Shown here piece by piece: positions 35,766-50,345 of a DNA stretch of 64,000 bases (the stretch's first letter is position 1; each line of letters opens with the position of its first letter). The stretch lies in the NCBI GenBank assembly GCA_964016885.1, contig OZ024741.1:311364001-311428000 (forward strand), written 5' to 3'. Under the pieces are notes generated by a model, which saw only the letters and a list, made by a program, of their open reading frames with translations, was not told the DNA's origin and searched no databases. The stretch is from Eledone cirrhosa. Lineage: Eukaryota. The translations under genes were made by a program, and so were the position numbers.

Positions 35766-36899
35766 TGTGTGTTTGTGTGTGTGTTTGCACATCTCAGAGA
35801 TGTTCAGCTGACGGCACTTTCTGACATGTAAAGCAACGTTTCCCAACGGTGGGCGATTCCAACTGTTGTAACCGAACAGAAAATGGTAGTTAATTGGAAA
35901 GTTATGTGGACGATATGGGATTTTGAGTATTATGGTGTTATAACAAATGTTACCCGAGAAAGATATTCAAAGGCGATATGCAAAGAACCCGATTAACAAA
36001 ACTGGATGCAATGTGAGGAACAAATTCCTAGATCAGATGTGAACAATCTCGGAAACAAGGGACATTTTCGTATTTTCTATAGTTCTAAAAATGTTCAGTT
36101 ACATTCAAATAGTTCTTTGGGTGAAATATGTAACTTTTCTGATGACCAATAAGAACTGTGACGACAGTCTATAGACAAGGAAATGCAGATGACAATACCA
36201 GGCAAAATAAGAGAATCCCAAGATGGTAACTATCCATAACTCAATCCGCATGCTCATATAAACAGACAGCCATTTGATGTTGATGGATTGTATTGATTGG
36301 CAAATGATTCAAACGCTCTTGTCTTCTGGTATTTGTGGATTAGTGACAACGGACTTCCAGTAACAATATAACATATTGAACGAACATTTCCTTATCTATT
36401 ATTTCTCCAATTGTTTCAGTGTATTGTACGATTTTTAAACAACTCGATGTCGCCATTTAACAAAATGTGTCGCCAAAACAGCATTATTATTTTATGGGGT
36501 TATGACTTCACCACAGAGCAGTCAACCAAACTTTAAGCAATGAAACCCTCAATATAGAGTATCATATATATTCTAATCATGCCAACCAGATGCAACAACC
36601 TTTGTCATCTTTCTGCTAACTTAAGGCCTCATTCGAAAAGTGTAAAATGTCGGAATTTCAGAAACTAACTACGCTACAAATAAAGTGACGATTGCGTCGC
36701 ACCACACAACTTTACTGGCCGCAAAGGTCGGTACGTCCCACACTTTATGCAAAACGTTACTTCTACCTATTATTGAAGAAGTTCTCTCGACTGTAATGCA
36801 TAAAAAATCACAGGCATAATTATTAAGATATTTCCATTTAGTGATAACAATTTCTCGTCGTATAGGTGAATAACTATCAATGTCCAAAATACTCTAATC

Positions 36900-38000
36900 C
36901 ATTATCTCCGCAGTTCTGAATTGCTCATGCAATTTATCGAACCAACAGTTGATTATATGCTTGATTATAAAGTGTGTTGGTTTTTTTAAATGAACATATT
37001 AAAACATTTGGGTAGATGCTGTTTAGTGATCAATTCTTGATTGACCCCAAGGCACGTCTATTTTAGATTTATTAAAGCTATTTTGCAATGAGCCATAACA
37101 TTCACTGAACAATATTGCTGACTGTGCAATTGATAGAGGGAGCGTATGTTTCAGTAGGTAAATATAGAAGTTTCTCTTCTCTCTTAAATCTTCGATTATC
37201 TAATCCTGTTTCAATAGTCAATTGTATGGTTCACAGGCAGTAATTAGAGGTAAAAATAACAACGGAATGCTTTGCTGATGTCCTGCTGTTAGTTGTTAAA
37301 ACTGTGAACAAGCTAAAATCGAATTCTTCGTCTGAACAACATTTCCGTCCACTCAGAATTGAGAATGACGATGACTATGTGAGGCTTTTGTACCATACTA
37401 TATGATGGTTGTCAAAAGTCTACTGTGTTGTCAATTTTGTCGATCTTTTGACATAAGATTTTTTAATACACTCCAATATACAGTTCTCTGATTATTTCAA
37501 ATTGAGATATTTTTTCCTAAGTGACTTATTCACAAGGTAAATGATCTGAAGACGTTATTGCATGCAAAGTAAAATACGCTGTTCAACTGTAAATCGCCTC
37601 AATGCTTTCATTTCTAAAATAACACTATATAAGATAAATGTTTCGGGGGGCATCAAGTCCACCAATTTCAACGATTGAACAGATTGGAAGATGAATTGCT
37701 TTATGAGGATGTCATTACATATCACAATTATTTGCTACCATTGCATGATGACATGGTACACCCATTTCAGGATAGTATCGCATTGTCAGGTCCAGTTTTG
37801 GATAACAACCCGTTTGAAGTTAGAGTAATCGATTGCAAAGACTATGTACATGACGAATTGATTTACAAAATGACAATGATGCCACAATGCGGTATCGGTT
37901 TTAAGGTAACCACGTCTTGTGGTATTACCAAAATATAGTGACATATTTTAAAAACCTAATAAAAGTCGATAACATATAGTTTTAAATGTTCAACTTTGCT
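36900..38000 (+). mobile_element. Highly decayed hAT-type transposase remnant
   Basis: RLLYHTI*WLSK at about 37380-37418 resembles the hAT HTEVRWLS motif. Boundaries are uncertain and there is no long ORF. Confidence 0.35.
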
Positions 38001-40816
38001 TTCATTTGCTGTTGCCGAGACTAAGTAAGTGACATAGCCACTACTTTAAAACTCATAGCGAATGGCCTTCAAAATGTTTTTAATTAAAATTTCAGAGCAC
38101 TGATACTAATTCCCAATATATATACACACACAAACATATATATATATATATATACTAGCAGTTTAGCCCGGCGTTGCTCGAGTTTGTTCATTTGCTATGA
38201 AAAGTTACATACAGGTAAACGTGGTTTGAAAGCGAATAAGCTTATCAATTAAGTGCATAAAGCAGTTGAACCGGTTATTAAAAGTTACTAACCAATTAGC
38301 ATTTTGGTCAATCAATGATGGGTTAATAATCTTCCAATTGCGAATTTAGTATACCAAAGTTGAAAGATGGTGACCCTGATGCCGCTGGGTGTCAGATCTG
38401 TCCGCCATGGGATACCCTACCAGGAAATAGTGTTCCAGACGGCATAGCTCCAACACCTGCACCAACATTTATAGCATCTCTTTGTAGACGATATTGCGTG
38501 TCATCCCTTGAGGAGAGTAAGCAAAAAGTCCATTCCTGCTCTCTGCGCGGGAACAGGCAACATAAAGTTAGCCATGGGAGAAGCATGGCTCCCCCAAATG
38601 GATGCCCGTCACCGACAATGTTTGCCCTTGTGACTTGTTAATGGACATGGCAAAAAATGGTCTCACCGGGAATTGGGATCGCCGGCAATCGAACGGGATA
38701 TCTGACGCCGAGGGGAAAAGGTTCATCCTTGGAATGAAAACATTCTCCCCTCTTCCTCACCCTGTTACAATGGTGGCCTCAATGAAGTGGGTGTCAGTGA
38801 CTTGACGACCATGCGAGTACCGTTGCACTACTTTGGTGGACGCAAGTTCCTTATTAGCATAATGGGACAGCCAACTCTAACCTTAATAATGTGAGGTGAG
38901 AGCCCTGTGGGGTCAATGAGGTTTAATAACTCAACCGGATAATTGACGATATAGTCGGGGTCTGATTTGAAGATGTGCTCTTTACTGGGAATCTTCTCAA
39001 TCAGCTACTCGTTAATAAAATTAACCATGGTATTTTTCGGATCAAGGATGGCTCTTTCGCTGAGTCAATCGAGGTATTTAAAGTTAGATGAGACATTCGG
39101 AAAAACTGCTCACAATGTTGCACAAGGTGTCGATTGCTATGCCGCACTTGTCATCTGCAGGGATCTTGCCCTCACCTAGTGCTAAAATGTTCTGAGCTGC
39201 AGACATGTTGTCACCATGCAAATGAGCACGCATATTTGTGCTCAGGTACAAACTATTCATCTGGAGCCACAACATGGACGACTTAAGACAGGCACGCACT
39301 TCATTAGCTCTTGTCCATTTGTGGATGACTGGCAGCGTTTTCCGAAAATCCCCTGATAGCAGAAGGGTTACGCCACCCATAGGAGCCGTAGAATCCCTAA
39401 TGTCTTTCCGAGCCCTGTCCAATGCCTCAAGCGCACCGTTGTGTGCCATTGTGCACTCATCCCAAACAATGAGGCAACATCTTTTGAGAACCAGAGCTTT
39501 GTGTGAACTCTTGCTGATATTGCATGTTGGTGTCTCAGTTTTTACTAAATCCAAAGGGAGTTTAAAGGTTGAATGTGCTGTCCTGCCTCCCGGCAGCAAA
39601 GTAGCAGCGCTCCCGGACGATGCAACGGACAACGCAACTTTTTTCTCCTGACGAATCTTAGCGAGAATCAAATTCGTTACAAAAGTTTTTCCGGTACCCC
39701 AGGAGCGTTTTTTATTGGGGAGATCAGGGTGTTTTTTTTACCTTGAGGTATAACCAGTCAGTAGTTCCTTCAAAGGCTCTGGCGGTTCCGGAAGAGGGGG
39801 CAAGGTGACCTTACCGTTTAAGCAGCACATTGCAGGTGGCTCCCCAGCCCACTTTGTAGCATTGCAGAATTGGCAATTGAAGCGCATCTCGCCTATATTT
39901 ATGTCAGAGCGCATCGAGTAATTAACGTTTTGCTCATACTTGAAAGCCCGTAGGTGCCAGTAAGGGCTGTTGGGGTTCGTCACACCGCGTGCAGCTTCTC
40001 GCCGTCGACTGTTACGCTTGAACGTAGAACATTGGTCGTGTGGTTGGTGGGAAGGTCTGGCAGCAATAGCAGAAGCAACATTTGCAATGCTAATGGACCG
40101 CCCGTTTGCATCTTCAGAAGCCATGGAAGTAGTCATAGCCGCAGCGTTCGTAGTAAGGCGAGCCGTCCGTTGTTTTAAACGTTCCAAAGACCTGGAAGCA
40201 GCATTAGTCGCATCGTTTCTAGCCAGGCGCTTCGACCTTTGTTCCCGGCTCTCTGAAGCCCTGGAAGAAGCCTGGTATGAAACCATTTTGGCTAGGCGTG
40301 CGGAGCGCTGTTGGAAACTTTCAGCGGCTCGACATTCTGCTGAACGTAAGGCTGTCTGTGAAAGTCTTGAAGCATTTTCCTCAGAGGACTCGTTTGCTAT
40401 AGTAGCCTTTTGCGCCACTGCTGACGCGGTATGTCGACAGAGGCGACTTCTCTTTTTAGGTGGAATTTTACGTCAAAAAGAAAGGGTGAAAGTTACTTCT
40501 ACAGAAAAATTTACTTTGAAAGTCTCCTGTCTGTTTATGAATATTGTTATTGTTGTTGTGATACAAATGTTAGTAAGTAAATGGGTATCGAAAAATAAAG
40601 GGTGAAAGTTACTTCAACATAAAAATTGACTTTGAAAGTATAAGGCTGATAATTGTATGTAAAAAGATTGATAAGAAAGACCCCAAAAATGAATTTACAG
40701 GTATTTGTATGTATGTGTGTATATGTATGTATGTGTGTATGAAAGTGTAAGGCCGATGTGTGTGTAAATTAAGTGACAGGTATTTGTATGTATGTGTGTA
40801 TATGTATGTATGTGTG

Positions 40817-40848
<32 letters not shown>

Positions 40849-40856
40849 TGTATGTA

Positions 40857-43800
40857 TGGAACGTACGGACGCTGCTTGACAGGGATTCCTTGGGGCGTCC
40901 GGAACGAAGGACCGCTCTTGTTGCAAAGGAGCTTCGACGTTACGATCTTGACATCGTGGCTTTATCTGAGACGAGGCTAGCTGGAGATGGTCATCTTACG
41001 GAATTTTGTGAAGAATATACATTCTTCTGGAAAGGAAGAGATGGAGGAACCAGAAGAGAGGCTGGGGTAGGATTTGCTGTTAAGACTGTGCTTGTGAACA
41101 AATTAGAAGTATTCCCAGTAGGGATTAGCGAGCGTCTTATGTCCATGAGAGTTCCGCTGGACAAGGGAAGATATGCTACCCTGGTGAGTGTGTATACTTC
41201 AACTATGAGTTCTGTCGATGAGGAAAAAGTGTCCTTTTACCATGCCTTGAAAGGTGTTTTAAGAAATATCCCTCAGGCAGACAAAGTCATCGTGCTTGGT
41301 GACTTTAATGCTAGAGTGGGTAGGGATTTTAACACATGAAATGTAATCGGAAGGCATAGGGTGGGAAAGTGTAACAGCAATGGTATGCTCCTGTTGCAGA
41401 TGTGTGAGGAGCTGGATCTGTGTGTTACCAACACCATGTTCCAAAAAAAGAACAAATTCAAGACCACATGGATGCATCCTGCATCTAAGGAATGGCATCT
41501 TTTGGACTACGTCCTAGTCAGGATGCGTGACAGACAGGATGTGCAGTGTGTTCATGTTCTTCGTGGAGGTGAGTGCTGGACAGACCACCGCCTGGTACGC
41601 GCAAAAGTGAAACTAATAACTAAACGTAAAATCCGGGCTCCTGGTGTTGCCCTGCTCAAAAGATTGGATGCTGCTCGTCTTAAGGATAAAAATGTGAAGA
41701 GAACATTGGAAGAAGAGATGCAGGCTGCAGATTTTGGTGAGGATTGGCCGACTCTTAAAAAGTCGGTTTATGATGTAGGCAGGCGTGTTCTGGGATTGGC
41801 GCAGAGGAAACATCAGGACTGGTTTGATGAGAATGATGTACATATAGAAGACTTGTTGGCTGATAAGAGGCGTGCTATGTCACGCTACTTGACAGCAAAA
41901 CCACAGGAGAGGAATACGTTACATGAGGAACTCAGGGATGTAAAATCACGTGTTAGGCGGAGTCTTTCTCAGATGAATGATCAGTGGTGGAGTGAGAAGG
42001 CTGGTGAGAAGCAAACTGCGTCTGATTCCAATAACGCAAAGCTGTTGTACAGTCTCTTGCGTGAGGTTTATGGACCGTCTTCTTCTCTGGTGACACCGCT
42101 TCGCAGCAAGGATGGCAAAGAACTTCTTCGTGACTCACAAGGAATTCTACGAAGGTGGCGAGAGCACTTTGATGATCTTTTGAATCAGCCGTCTGTCGTC
42201 AGTGAAGATTTCCTCAATCTCATTCCAGAAAGTCCTGTGAAAGTAGCTCTTGCAGAACCTCCGACGCTTGTGGAGGTTGCAGTGGCTATTTCGAAGCTGA
42301 ACAGTGGAAGATCTCCAGGTATGGATGGCATACATGCTGAGCTCCTACAATATGGTGGTGAGAGACTCCTGCAATATCTTCACTCTTTGTTTGGCAGGAT
42401 ATGGGCTAATGAATCCGTACCTGAGGACTGGAGAGATGCAGTAATGGTGGTCTTGTACAAGGGAAAGGGTAACAGGAACGATTGTGGGAACTACAGAGGT
42501 ATATCATTGCTTTCTGTCGTAGGGAAAGTTTTATGTAGGGTGCTTCTGGACCGTCTGCTGACACACATTGCAGATTGTGTTCTTCCTGAAAGTCAATCTG
42601 GTTTTCGTGCTGGACGCGGCACTACTGATATGATCTTTTCAGCTAGACAGCTCCAGGAGAAGTGCATGGAACAAGGCTTGGATCTGTATCAGGTTTTTGT
42701 CGATCTGACAAAATCTTTCGATACTGTTAACAGAGATGCATTGTGGAAGGTTCTCCAGAAACTTCGTTGCCCTGATAAGTTCCTTGCTTTAGTTAGGTCT
42801 TTCCATGACGACATGAAGGCTTGGGTTAATGTCGGGGGTAACATGTCGGAGCCTATCTCAGTAAAAAATGGAGTGAAACAGGGGGATATTCCAGCACCGA
42901 GCCTGTTTGCCATATACTTTGCAATGGTTTTCTGTATTGCATTCAGGAATTGCGAGCATGGTGTTTACATCCGATATCGAACCTCAGGCAGCATATTTAT
43001 CATCAGGCGCTTTGCTGCGAAGACAAAAGTATTTACATCAATCATAAGAGACCTCTGACTGTCATCTCAAGAAAAACCGTCGTCATGTACCAACCTGCCC
43101 CTGGTAAGCAGTACACTGAACCAAACATCTATGTGTATGGCAAACGACTTGGAGTGGTTGATCAGTTTGTCTACCTGGGAAGCACTGTCAATCGATACGG
43201 CAACCTTGACAGTGAAATCTCACTTAGGATTAGGAAAGCAAGTGATGCTTTCGGAAAGCTAGAAAGGCGACTCTGGGGTCGGCGAGACATATGCAGGAGG
43301 ACAAAGGTAAAGGTGTACAGGGCATGTGTGCTCTCTTGTCTTCTTTATGCCTGCGAGACCTGGGTCACATATCGACACCACCTTAAGCAATTGGAGCGTT
43401 TCCATCAGATGTGTCTCAGACGGATCCATGGCGTTTACTGGAGGGACCACATCAGTGATGTCGAGATTTTGGAAAGCGCTATGTGTGACAGTATAGAAGC
43501 TCTTGTGATTAAGCAACGACTCCGTTGGAGTGGTCATCTTGCCAGGATGAAGGATTCTAGAATACCAAAACAACTCTTTTATGGAGAGTTGGTTAAAGGA
43601 AAACGACCGCCACATAAACCAAAAAAGAGGTATAAGGATTCCTTGAAAGCCTCTCTGAAAGACGCTAACATCTCTGCTGATACATGGGAGAATATTGCTG
43701 CTGATTGTAATAAATGGAGAAAGACTGTATATGAGGGAAAAGTTGCCTTTGAGGAATCTCGAATCGCATACGAGAAAGTAAAGCGGGATGTGAGGAAGGG

Positions 43801-44145
43801 CATTGCCGTTGCACTTCCAGACGGCGAGGGTCCTCCTATGGTGCTGACATGCAGCGTATGTGCGAGACTCTGCCTAAGCAAAGCTGGACTCGAAAGTCAT
43901 CTTTGCAGTCATAAAGTAAGACCAGTGGCTGACTACCAGGCTGCTGTTGGAGATGCTACTCATCATGCTTGCCAAACATGTGGGAGATAATGTAAATCAG
44001 CAGGAGGGCTCAAGCGACATGCAAAAGTACACGAACTCCAACCACAGTCGACTATTCCCAGTGAATGATTTGGTTGCCGACTCTGTTCAAGACATTTTAG
44101 ATCATTGGCTGGGCTAAAAAGCCACATTCGATCGAAGCGCTGTTA
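40857..44145 (+). mobile_element. RTE (BovB-like) LINE: APE endonuclease, RT and C-terminal C2H2 zinc fingers
   Basis: WNVRTLLD, SETR, GDFNARVG, LDYVL, TDH, NYRGISLLS, FVDLTKSFDTV, GVKQG, FVYLGS, RLRWSGH and CSVC..H motifs. Stop at 41337-41339 and a deletion at about 43055 that removes YADD. Confidence 0.92.
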
Positions 44146-44275
44146 GTTGCTATCGTGTGTGTGTGTAGATATGCTTATGTGTGTGCGTGTGTGTGTATAT
44201 GTATATGTATATTATTATTGTTATTAATGTATGTGTGTGTATATGTGTGTGTGTGAGTGTGTGTGTGTATATGTG

Positions 44276-44306
<31 letters not shown>

Positions 44307-44389
44307 TATTTTATTTATTTATTTTTTTTTATTTATTTATTATTATTATTATTACAGTTGCATTTATCTTGCTTTATGTTCATACGAGT

Positions 44390-45945
44390 TATCACCAAGT
44401 CACAACCAGTGACCTCAAGAGACAACAAGGTCCGCCATGTTCAAGAAAGAACATACATATTCACACATGCATCTTTAGTGTTTAGACTTCTGATGTACTT
44501 ATATTGACAGAATCTTCCTTAGTATATGGGCAGTTCCCATTAGTACTATCTTTTGTATTTCTCCTATACGCGGGTTTCCTGGGATTTGCAATACGTAATC
44601 ATTAGCCCCCTTAGGTATCATTCCCAGAGCGCCTACAACCACTGGTATTGTTTTAGTTCTCAATTTCCACATTTTTCCAATTTCTATCTCCAGGTCCTTA
44701 TACTTGCTCAATTTTTCAAATGTTTTTATAGATACATTCTTGTCTATTGGAACAGACATATCAATTAGCAGGCATACCCTCTTTTGAAAGTCTTTCAATA
44801 TTATATCAGGTCTGTCTGCATCTATTTTTCGGTCTGTTTGGATGCTAATGTTCCACAAGATTGAGATGTGATCTTTTTTAAGTATGGGAGGTGGTTGATA
44901 CTCCCACCAATTCTGTTGATGGGGCAGGTCAAAATGCTTACACATTATCCAATGTATGTATTGTGCAGCTCTGTCATGCCTGTTTAGGTATTCGGTTGGA
45001 GCTATAGGACTGCACATTGAAATTATATGGTCAATGGTCTCTGGTTGTTTTCTGCATACACGGCATAATGGGCTGCACCCATTTTTTATTATGTTGGCTT
45101 GGTAATTTTTTGTTGGCAGACACTGATCTTGTGCCGATATAATCAGTACTTCAGTCTCCGATTTCAGTCCAGAGGATGCCAACCACTGATAGGTTAAAGT
45201 TTTGTCAACATCAGGATTGTTAGCTCGCTCTGGGTATTTTCCATACAGAGGCTTTTCTTGCCATTTCTTAGCCAGTTTCTGTAGCAGTTCTTTCTTTGCA
45301 GTTACTTTTACCTGCTTTGCTTTTTCTGTGTTTTCCATTTCAGCAGTAAATGGGACTTCTGAAATTTGTAGTCCATTACTGTAACTTTGTGCATCTTTTA
45401 TAATGGAATATGATCTTTTGATGCTTTCGTGTTTCAAAACGAGTTTGATCATCCAATCATGTTATTCCCTTAGATATGTAGATAATCCAATTGTTGCAGT
45501 TTTCAACGCAATCTCTAACTGGATTAACCCACGTCCTCCTTCTTTCCTAGGGAGATATATTCTATCTATATCTGCCTTAGGGTGATGCATTCTGTGCATG
45601 GTTAAGAATTTTCGAATTTTTGTATCGAGCCTACGGATCTCTGTGCTTGACCAGTTGATGACATTGTAACTGTAGGTTACTACTGGTATGGTAAGCGTGT
45701 TTATGGCATCGATCCTATTCCTTGCATTCAATTCCGTTCTTAAGATTGCTCTTACTCTGCGGTAACATTCCTTCCTTATCCTTTCCCTCATTGTCGAGTG
45801 CTTGATTCCGTTTCCTTCACAAACACCTAGATATTTGTAAGTTTTTTCTTGATCAAGTTCTCTTATCACGTTCCCCCGATCAAGATTAATGTCTGAACTC
45901 TTCAGCAGCTTTTCTCTGGTGAACGTTGCTTTGGCGCATTTATCT
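44390..45945 (-). mobile_element. 5'-truncated R4/Dong-like LINE (thumb, CCHC, REL endonuclease)
   Basis: YKYLG, GGRGLIQL, AQDQ, CRVC..ETIDHIISMC, RHD, RPDII and KLSKYKDL motifs. Confidence 0.88.
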
Positions 45946-47034
45946 AGTTATTATTATTATTATTATTACATATATATATATATATTTTTTTTTTCTGTCT
46001 TCTCGTGCAATGGCCATACTCGATAACGATGGGGCAGCCATCATCATGTATGTATGTATGTATGTATGTATGTATGTATGTATGTATGTATTATGTATGT
46101 ATGTATTAAAGGCTGAAAGTTACTTCAACATAAAAATTGACTTTGAAAGTATAAAGCTGATAATTGAATCTAAAAAGATTGATAAGAAAGGCCAAAAAAA
46201 GAATGTTACAGGTATTTGTACGTATGTGTGTATTTTTATGTAGAAAATAAAGGGTTAAAGTTACTTATACTGAAAAATATAGTTTGAAAGTGTAAGGCCG
46301 ATTGAAAAACTTACAGTTTAGTAAATGAAAGGCAGCTTCGGAATGGAGCTAAAACAAACTGTGTATGCGTTGATTGATTGAAATTCCCGCGTTCCTGTTT
46401 CTATGACGTCAATCGTAACCATACCAACATATATGTGTGTGTATGCACCCACATATATGTGTGTATGTGTTTTTTTTCAATGTTTCTCTTTTTCACAAAC
46501 ACTTATAAGAGAAGGTAGCAATTTTAAGGGGAGGTGATGAAGGGAGTAGATATAGGAAACGTATATCATATGAGAGAGGAGAAATCATCGATTGTTGAAA
46601 TAAATCGATTTTTCCGTAATTGTGGCATTTTTTACCCAATAAGTTTGCCCATGACCCAAGTTAGAATATTTGTAAACATTCTGCTTAATTATTCATTCAA
46701 TATTTTTGGAATTGTGTAAATGTATAAAATTGAAACATACATACACACACAAAAATCTGCCTTTTATAGATAATGATATAATACTTCTGCCAAAGAAATG
46801 GAGAAATTATCCAAATAAACTGAATGTGGATGACGTTAGTAGAAAGAATCCCTTCAATAAATAATCTGGGAATAAATTAACTCATAGACCGAAACAGCCA
46901 AAAACTTTATGGTTTAAATCAGATGCAGCCTTCAAGAAATTGCACAGCAAGGAAATGTTCGTGCCGAAGGTGCACATAATAGTGCTCGGCAATGCTGTTA
47001 CGACAATCAACAATAATAAAACTAATATGTGTGT

Positions 47035-47150
47035 CTATTTTGGCACAAAGCCAGAAATCTGAAGGGGAATGTGAAAGTAAATTAATTCAACCCCAGTGCG
47101 TTACCAGTGATTTATGCTATTGGCCCTGTAAAGATGAAAGTTAAAGCTAG
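47035..47150 (-). mobile_element. Degenerate SINE fragment
   Basis: TTTGGCACAAAGCCAG...CCCAGTG...AAAGATGAAAGTTAAAG matches the SINE body. Confidence 0.55.
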
Positions 47151-50100
47151 CATCACCTCTCTCTACAGCATCATCCCTCACGTTGAAGACTAACGCGTCC
47201 ACCCACACCTTCTAGATTTACGTTCCGCCAACTCTTCTAGCACTTCGCGGCATCCCCATGCTGAGCTCGTTCTCAACCTCAACGGTTTTCCCATTTCAGG
47301 AAAAAATTACCTACAAATTACTGGGATAACCTTGGTAAATTGAATGTGCCCGAAATACGCCGACTTGTTCGTCAGCTACATCGAAGGTCAAATTTTCTCC
47401 CAGTATACTGCACCTACCCCTGAGCTATACGGCCGTTACATCGAGTATTGTATCGGCGCCACTTCTTTCTCCCATGAACAGCTTGACTAGTCTTTTTTTT
47501 TTGTCCAGTCTTTCCAACCCCCCCCCCTTACCTCCATTATCTCCTTAACTAGGTTTAACTAGGTATACCTAGCAAGGGCAGAGGGAGAAAAACAATTGCT
47601 CATGTTCTTCGTCGCGAAGATCAGCTGAAGGAGGTATATCGGATTGCAAGAGAGTGTGCTAGAGAAAATCGTGAAATGGTCGAAATGGTAGTGGAATACT
47701 TACCCTGTCTTATGCCGAAAAGTAGGAGACATAGGGTACTTACTATGAGAGACTACTGAACGAAGAGAATAAATGGGACAGTAAGGTCTTACCACATGTA
47801 GAGCTGACTAAGGGATCAGCTAAGAAGTTGACAGCAGTGAGATAGATAAAGCAATTAAGGACATGAAGATAGAGAAGGCCACTGGACCATCTGGTATATT
47901 TGTTGAGAGTCTAAAAGCACCCGGCATTGTAGGATATGTGCTAGTCAGACATATAGTTAATCAAGTAGTACAAGGAAGGTGTCATACACATTGACTGGAG
48001 CAGCAAAGTTATTGTCATCTTCTACAAGGACTATGAAGATGCACTAGAGAAAATAAGTACGGAAGTATCAAGTTGATGGACCATGTCATGAAATCTATTG
48101 AAAATGTTATAGGATGATTAATTCGGGACATTATCAAAGTAGATATGATGTAGTTTGTATTTATGCTAGGCAAGACTACTACTGGATAAATGATGCTAAT
48201 TGGAAACCATTCAATGTGGGTGTCGGATTTTTCCAAGGATGCGTCTTTCAGCTATCGTGTTCATTATTTACATGAAAATTATTGACATCTGCAGTCGGAC
48301 TGGTAGTTGTATCACGACTCGCAAGTGTAAAATGAGTCGGCTAGAATTTTCAGACGACACGATATTCCTTAACTCACCGTAATCACCGAATTGCACTCTG
48401 TAGGTTTAATGTCGAGTGCTGCATTGCTGGAGTGAAAATCAATGCTGCGAAAACTGAGACACTTGTCGTCTCAAGGAATCTTGCGTCGTGTCATCTATAT
48501 ATGAATGGAGTTCCACTTAAACAGGTGGAGAAATCTCGGAACGATGTTCACACGTGATGGAACGCATGAGGCTGAATTAAGTGCAAGAATTGCAGGAGCT
48601 GGTGCTGTAATGCACCAGCTTCAGCCGTCGGTAATCAGAAGAAGGGATGTAGGTGAAAAATCGAAACTAGTTATCTTCAATACGGTATTAGTGTCCACAC
48701 CCATAATGGTGATGAATCTTGGCTAATGACCAAACGAATATGATCGTGAATACAAGCGTTAGAAATGGGGTTCCTCCAAATATTATTTCGAATAACATTA
48801 CTCAGTAGAGTGCGTAGCTTGGAGACCAGGTGTCCTTCCAGGAAGAATCGTTACTTCTCAGAATTAAGAAATTACAGATACAATATTATATGTATGTGCT
48901 TAGAATGTCTCGGGAAAAATCGCTAGATAGATTTTACGGGCAAACGCAACCGGTAGGAATCCCAGTTACAGACACCGAGCAAGATGGTTGGATAACATCC
49001 ATGAGCTTGTCTGATCTAGATTGGGGATCTAGCTGGATCATTTGGACTCGGTTGCTTCTGACAAACCCACCGGAAGGAATGGTTGAAGACTCTCCTCCCA
49101 CCCACTACCATCTTAGGAAGAAGAAGAAGAAGAGTATCATTGAATCACCCTTTGTAATGCGACAACTGCTTGAGATGTACGTACTTAGCAAAGTGTAAGC
49201 AATTGTATCTAGGTTTTGTAGATAGGGAGAATGCCTTTGTCAGGGTCCCAATCTCTGTAATATGGTGGACACTTAGGAATCTAGATGTAGATGAATGTCT
49301 TGTGAAAGCTGTGTGGATCATGTATAAAAATGCTGGAAGCCAGCAGAGGGATGAAGTGCAGTTCGATGTCCACCAGGGCTCCGTCCTTAGTCCACTCCTA
49401 TTTGTCACTGCTCTTCACTGGTCTTCCCTGAGTATTTCAAAACTGGTACCCCGTGGGCGTTACTATATGCTGATGATCTAGTACTTAAACTGAGTCCGTA
49501 GGAGTGTAAGGGACAAAACTTGAAACATGCACGAACCTAGAGTTGAAATACGTAAAACTAATCTCATCAAAGGCAAAAGGGCTAAGTACGAAAGAGGACA
49601 AGAAGTTGATACAATCAGGGAGATGGCTGTGTTCGATATGCCAGAAAAGGGTGGGCAGGAGTTCTATAAGGTGCACAGAGTGCAATCGATGGACTCACAA
49701 GAGATGTGGCTGATGCACAGAAGAAGGGACCCCTAAGAACTTACGTGAAGGAGATTCATTTAATTTCCAGGGATGCTCCTTACAAATTAACAACAGCTTT
49801 TTTTAGTTAGGCGATCGAAATCACAATTGTGGTGCATACACTGAAAGTGTGACAGCCAGGATCAGAACAGGCTGGAAGAAGTTTAGAGAGCTGATACCTC
49901 TGTGAACAACAAACATTTTCTCCCTCGGAATGAAGAGTAAACAGTAGGATGCCTGTAAAAAAGGGCAATGCTAAATGGCTGGGGAACGTGTGCCTTAACT
50001 ACAGAAGACCTCCGATGGCTGGAGAGAATTGACGACAGTATGCTCCGATGAATGTGTAATGCTTAATGTGTATGGACGACGTAGTAGAAATGAACTAAGA

Positions 50101-50345
50101 AGAAAACATTATATAAGAGGATTTGAATGTAATGTGAAAATGAGAGAAGATTACTCTGGTATGGATATGTGATGCGTATGGAAGATAGCAGCTGAACAAA
50201 GAAATGCAGAGCAATCGCAGTGCCTGGAACACGAGGAAAAGGCAGACCAAAATAACTTGTGATGACAAAATATCGAATGGGCTGAGGCTATGCTGTGTTA
50301 ATGAAGACCCGACGAGGATCATAAGATATGACCAGACGCATCCAT
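47150..50345 (+). mobile_element. Patchwork of old RT fragments (PLE-like 47150-47545; RTE-like 47560-50345)
   Basis: Remnant motifs YGRYIEYCIG, GFVDRENAFVRVP, VHQGSVLSPLLF and LLYADDL, heavily frameshifted. Confidence 0.55.

Larger units (their letters stand above)
38155..46776 (-). mobile_element. Helitron with both termini, Rep domain deleted, carrying two nested LINEs
   Basis: 5' A|TCATTATCTATAAAAGG at 46776; 3' hairpin CTCGAGCAACGCCGGG plus CTAG|T at 38155. N-terminal/zinc ORF 39738..40418 (CQFCNATKW...CCLNGKV) and Pif1 ORF 39084..39671. A subterminal repeat is shared by 40601-40720 and 46110-46230. Confidence 0.8.

Noticed and set aside
39970-40605. 211-aa + strand ORF
   Set aside because: Antisense shadow of the Helitron N-terminal repeat-rich ORF 39738..40418.
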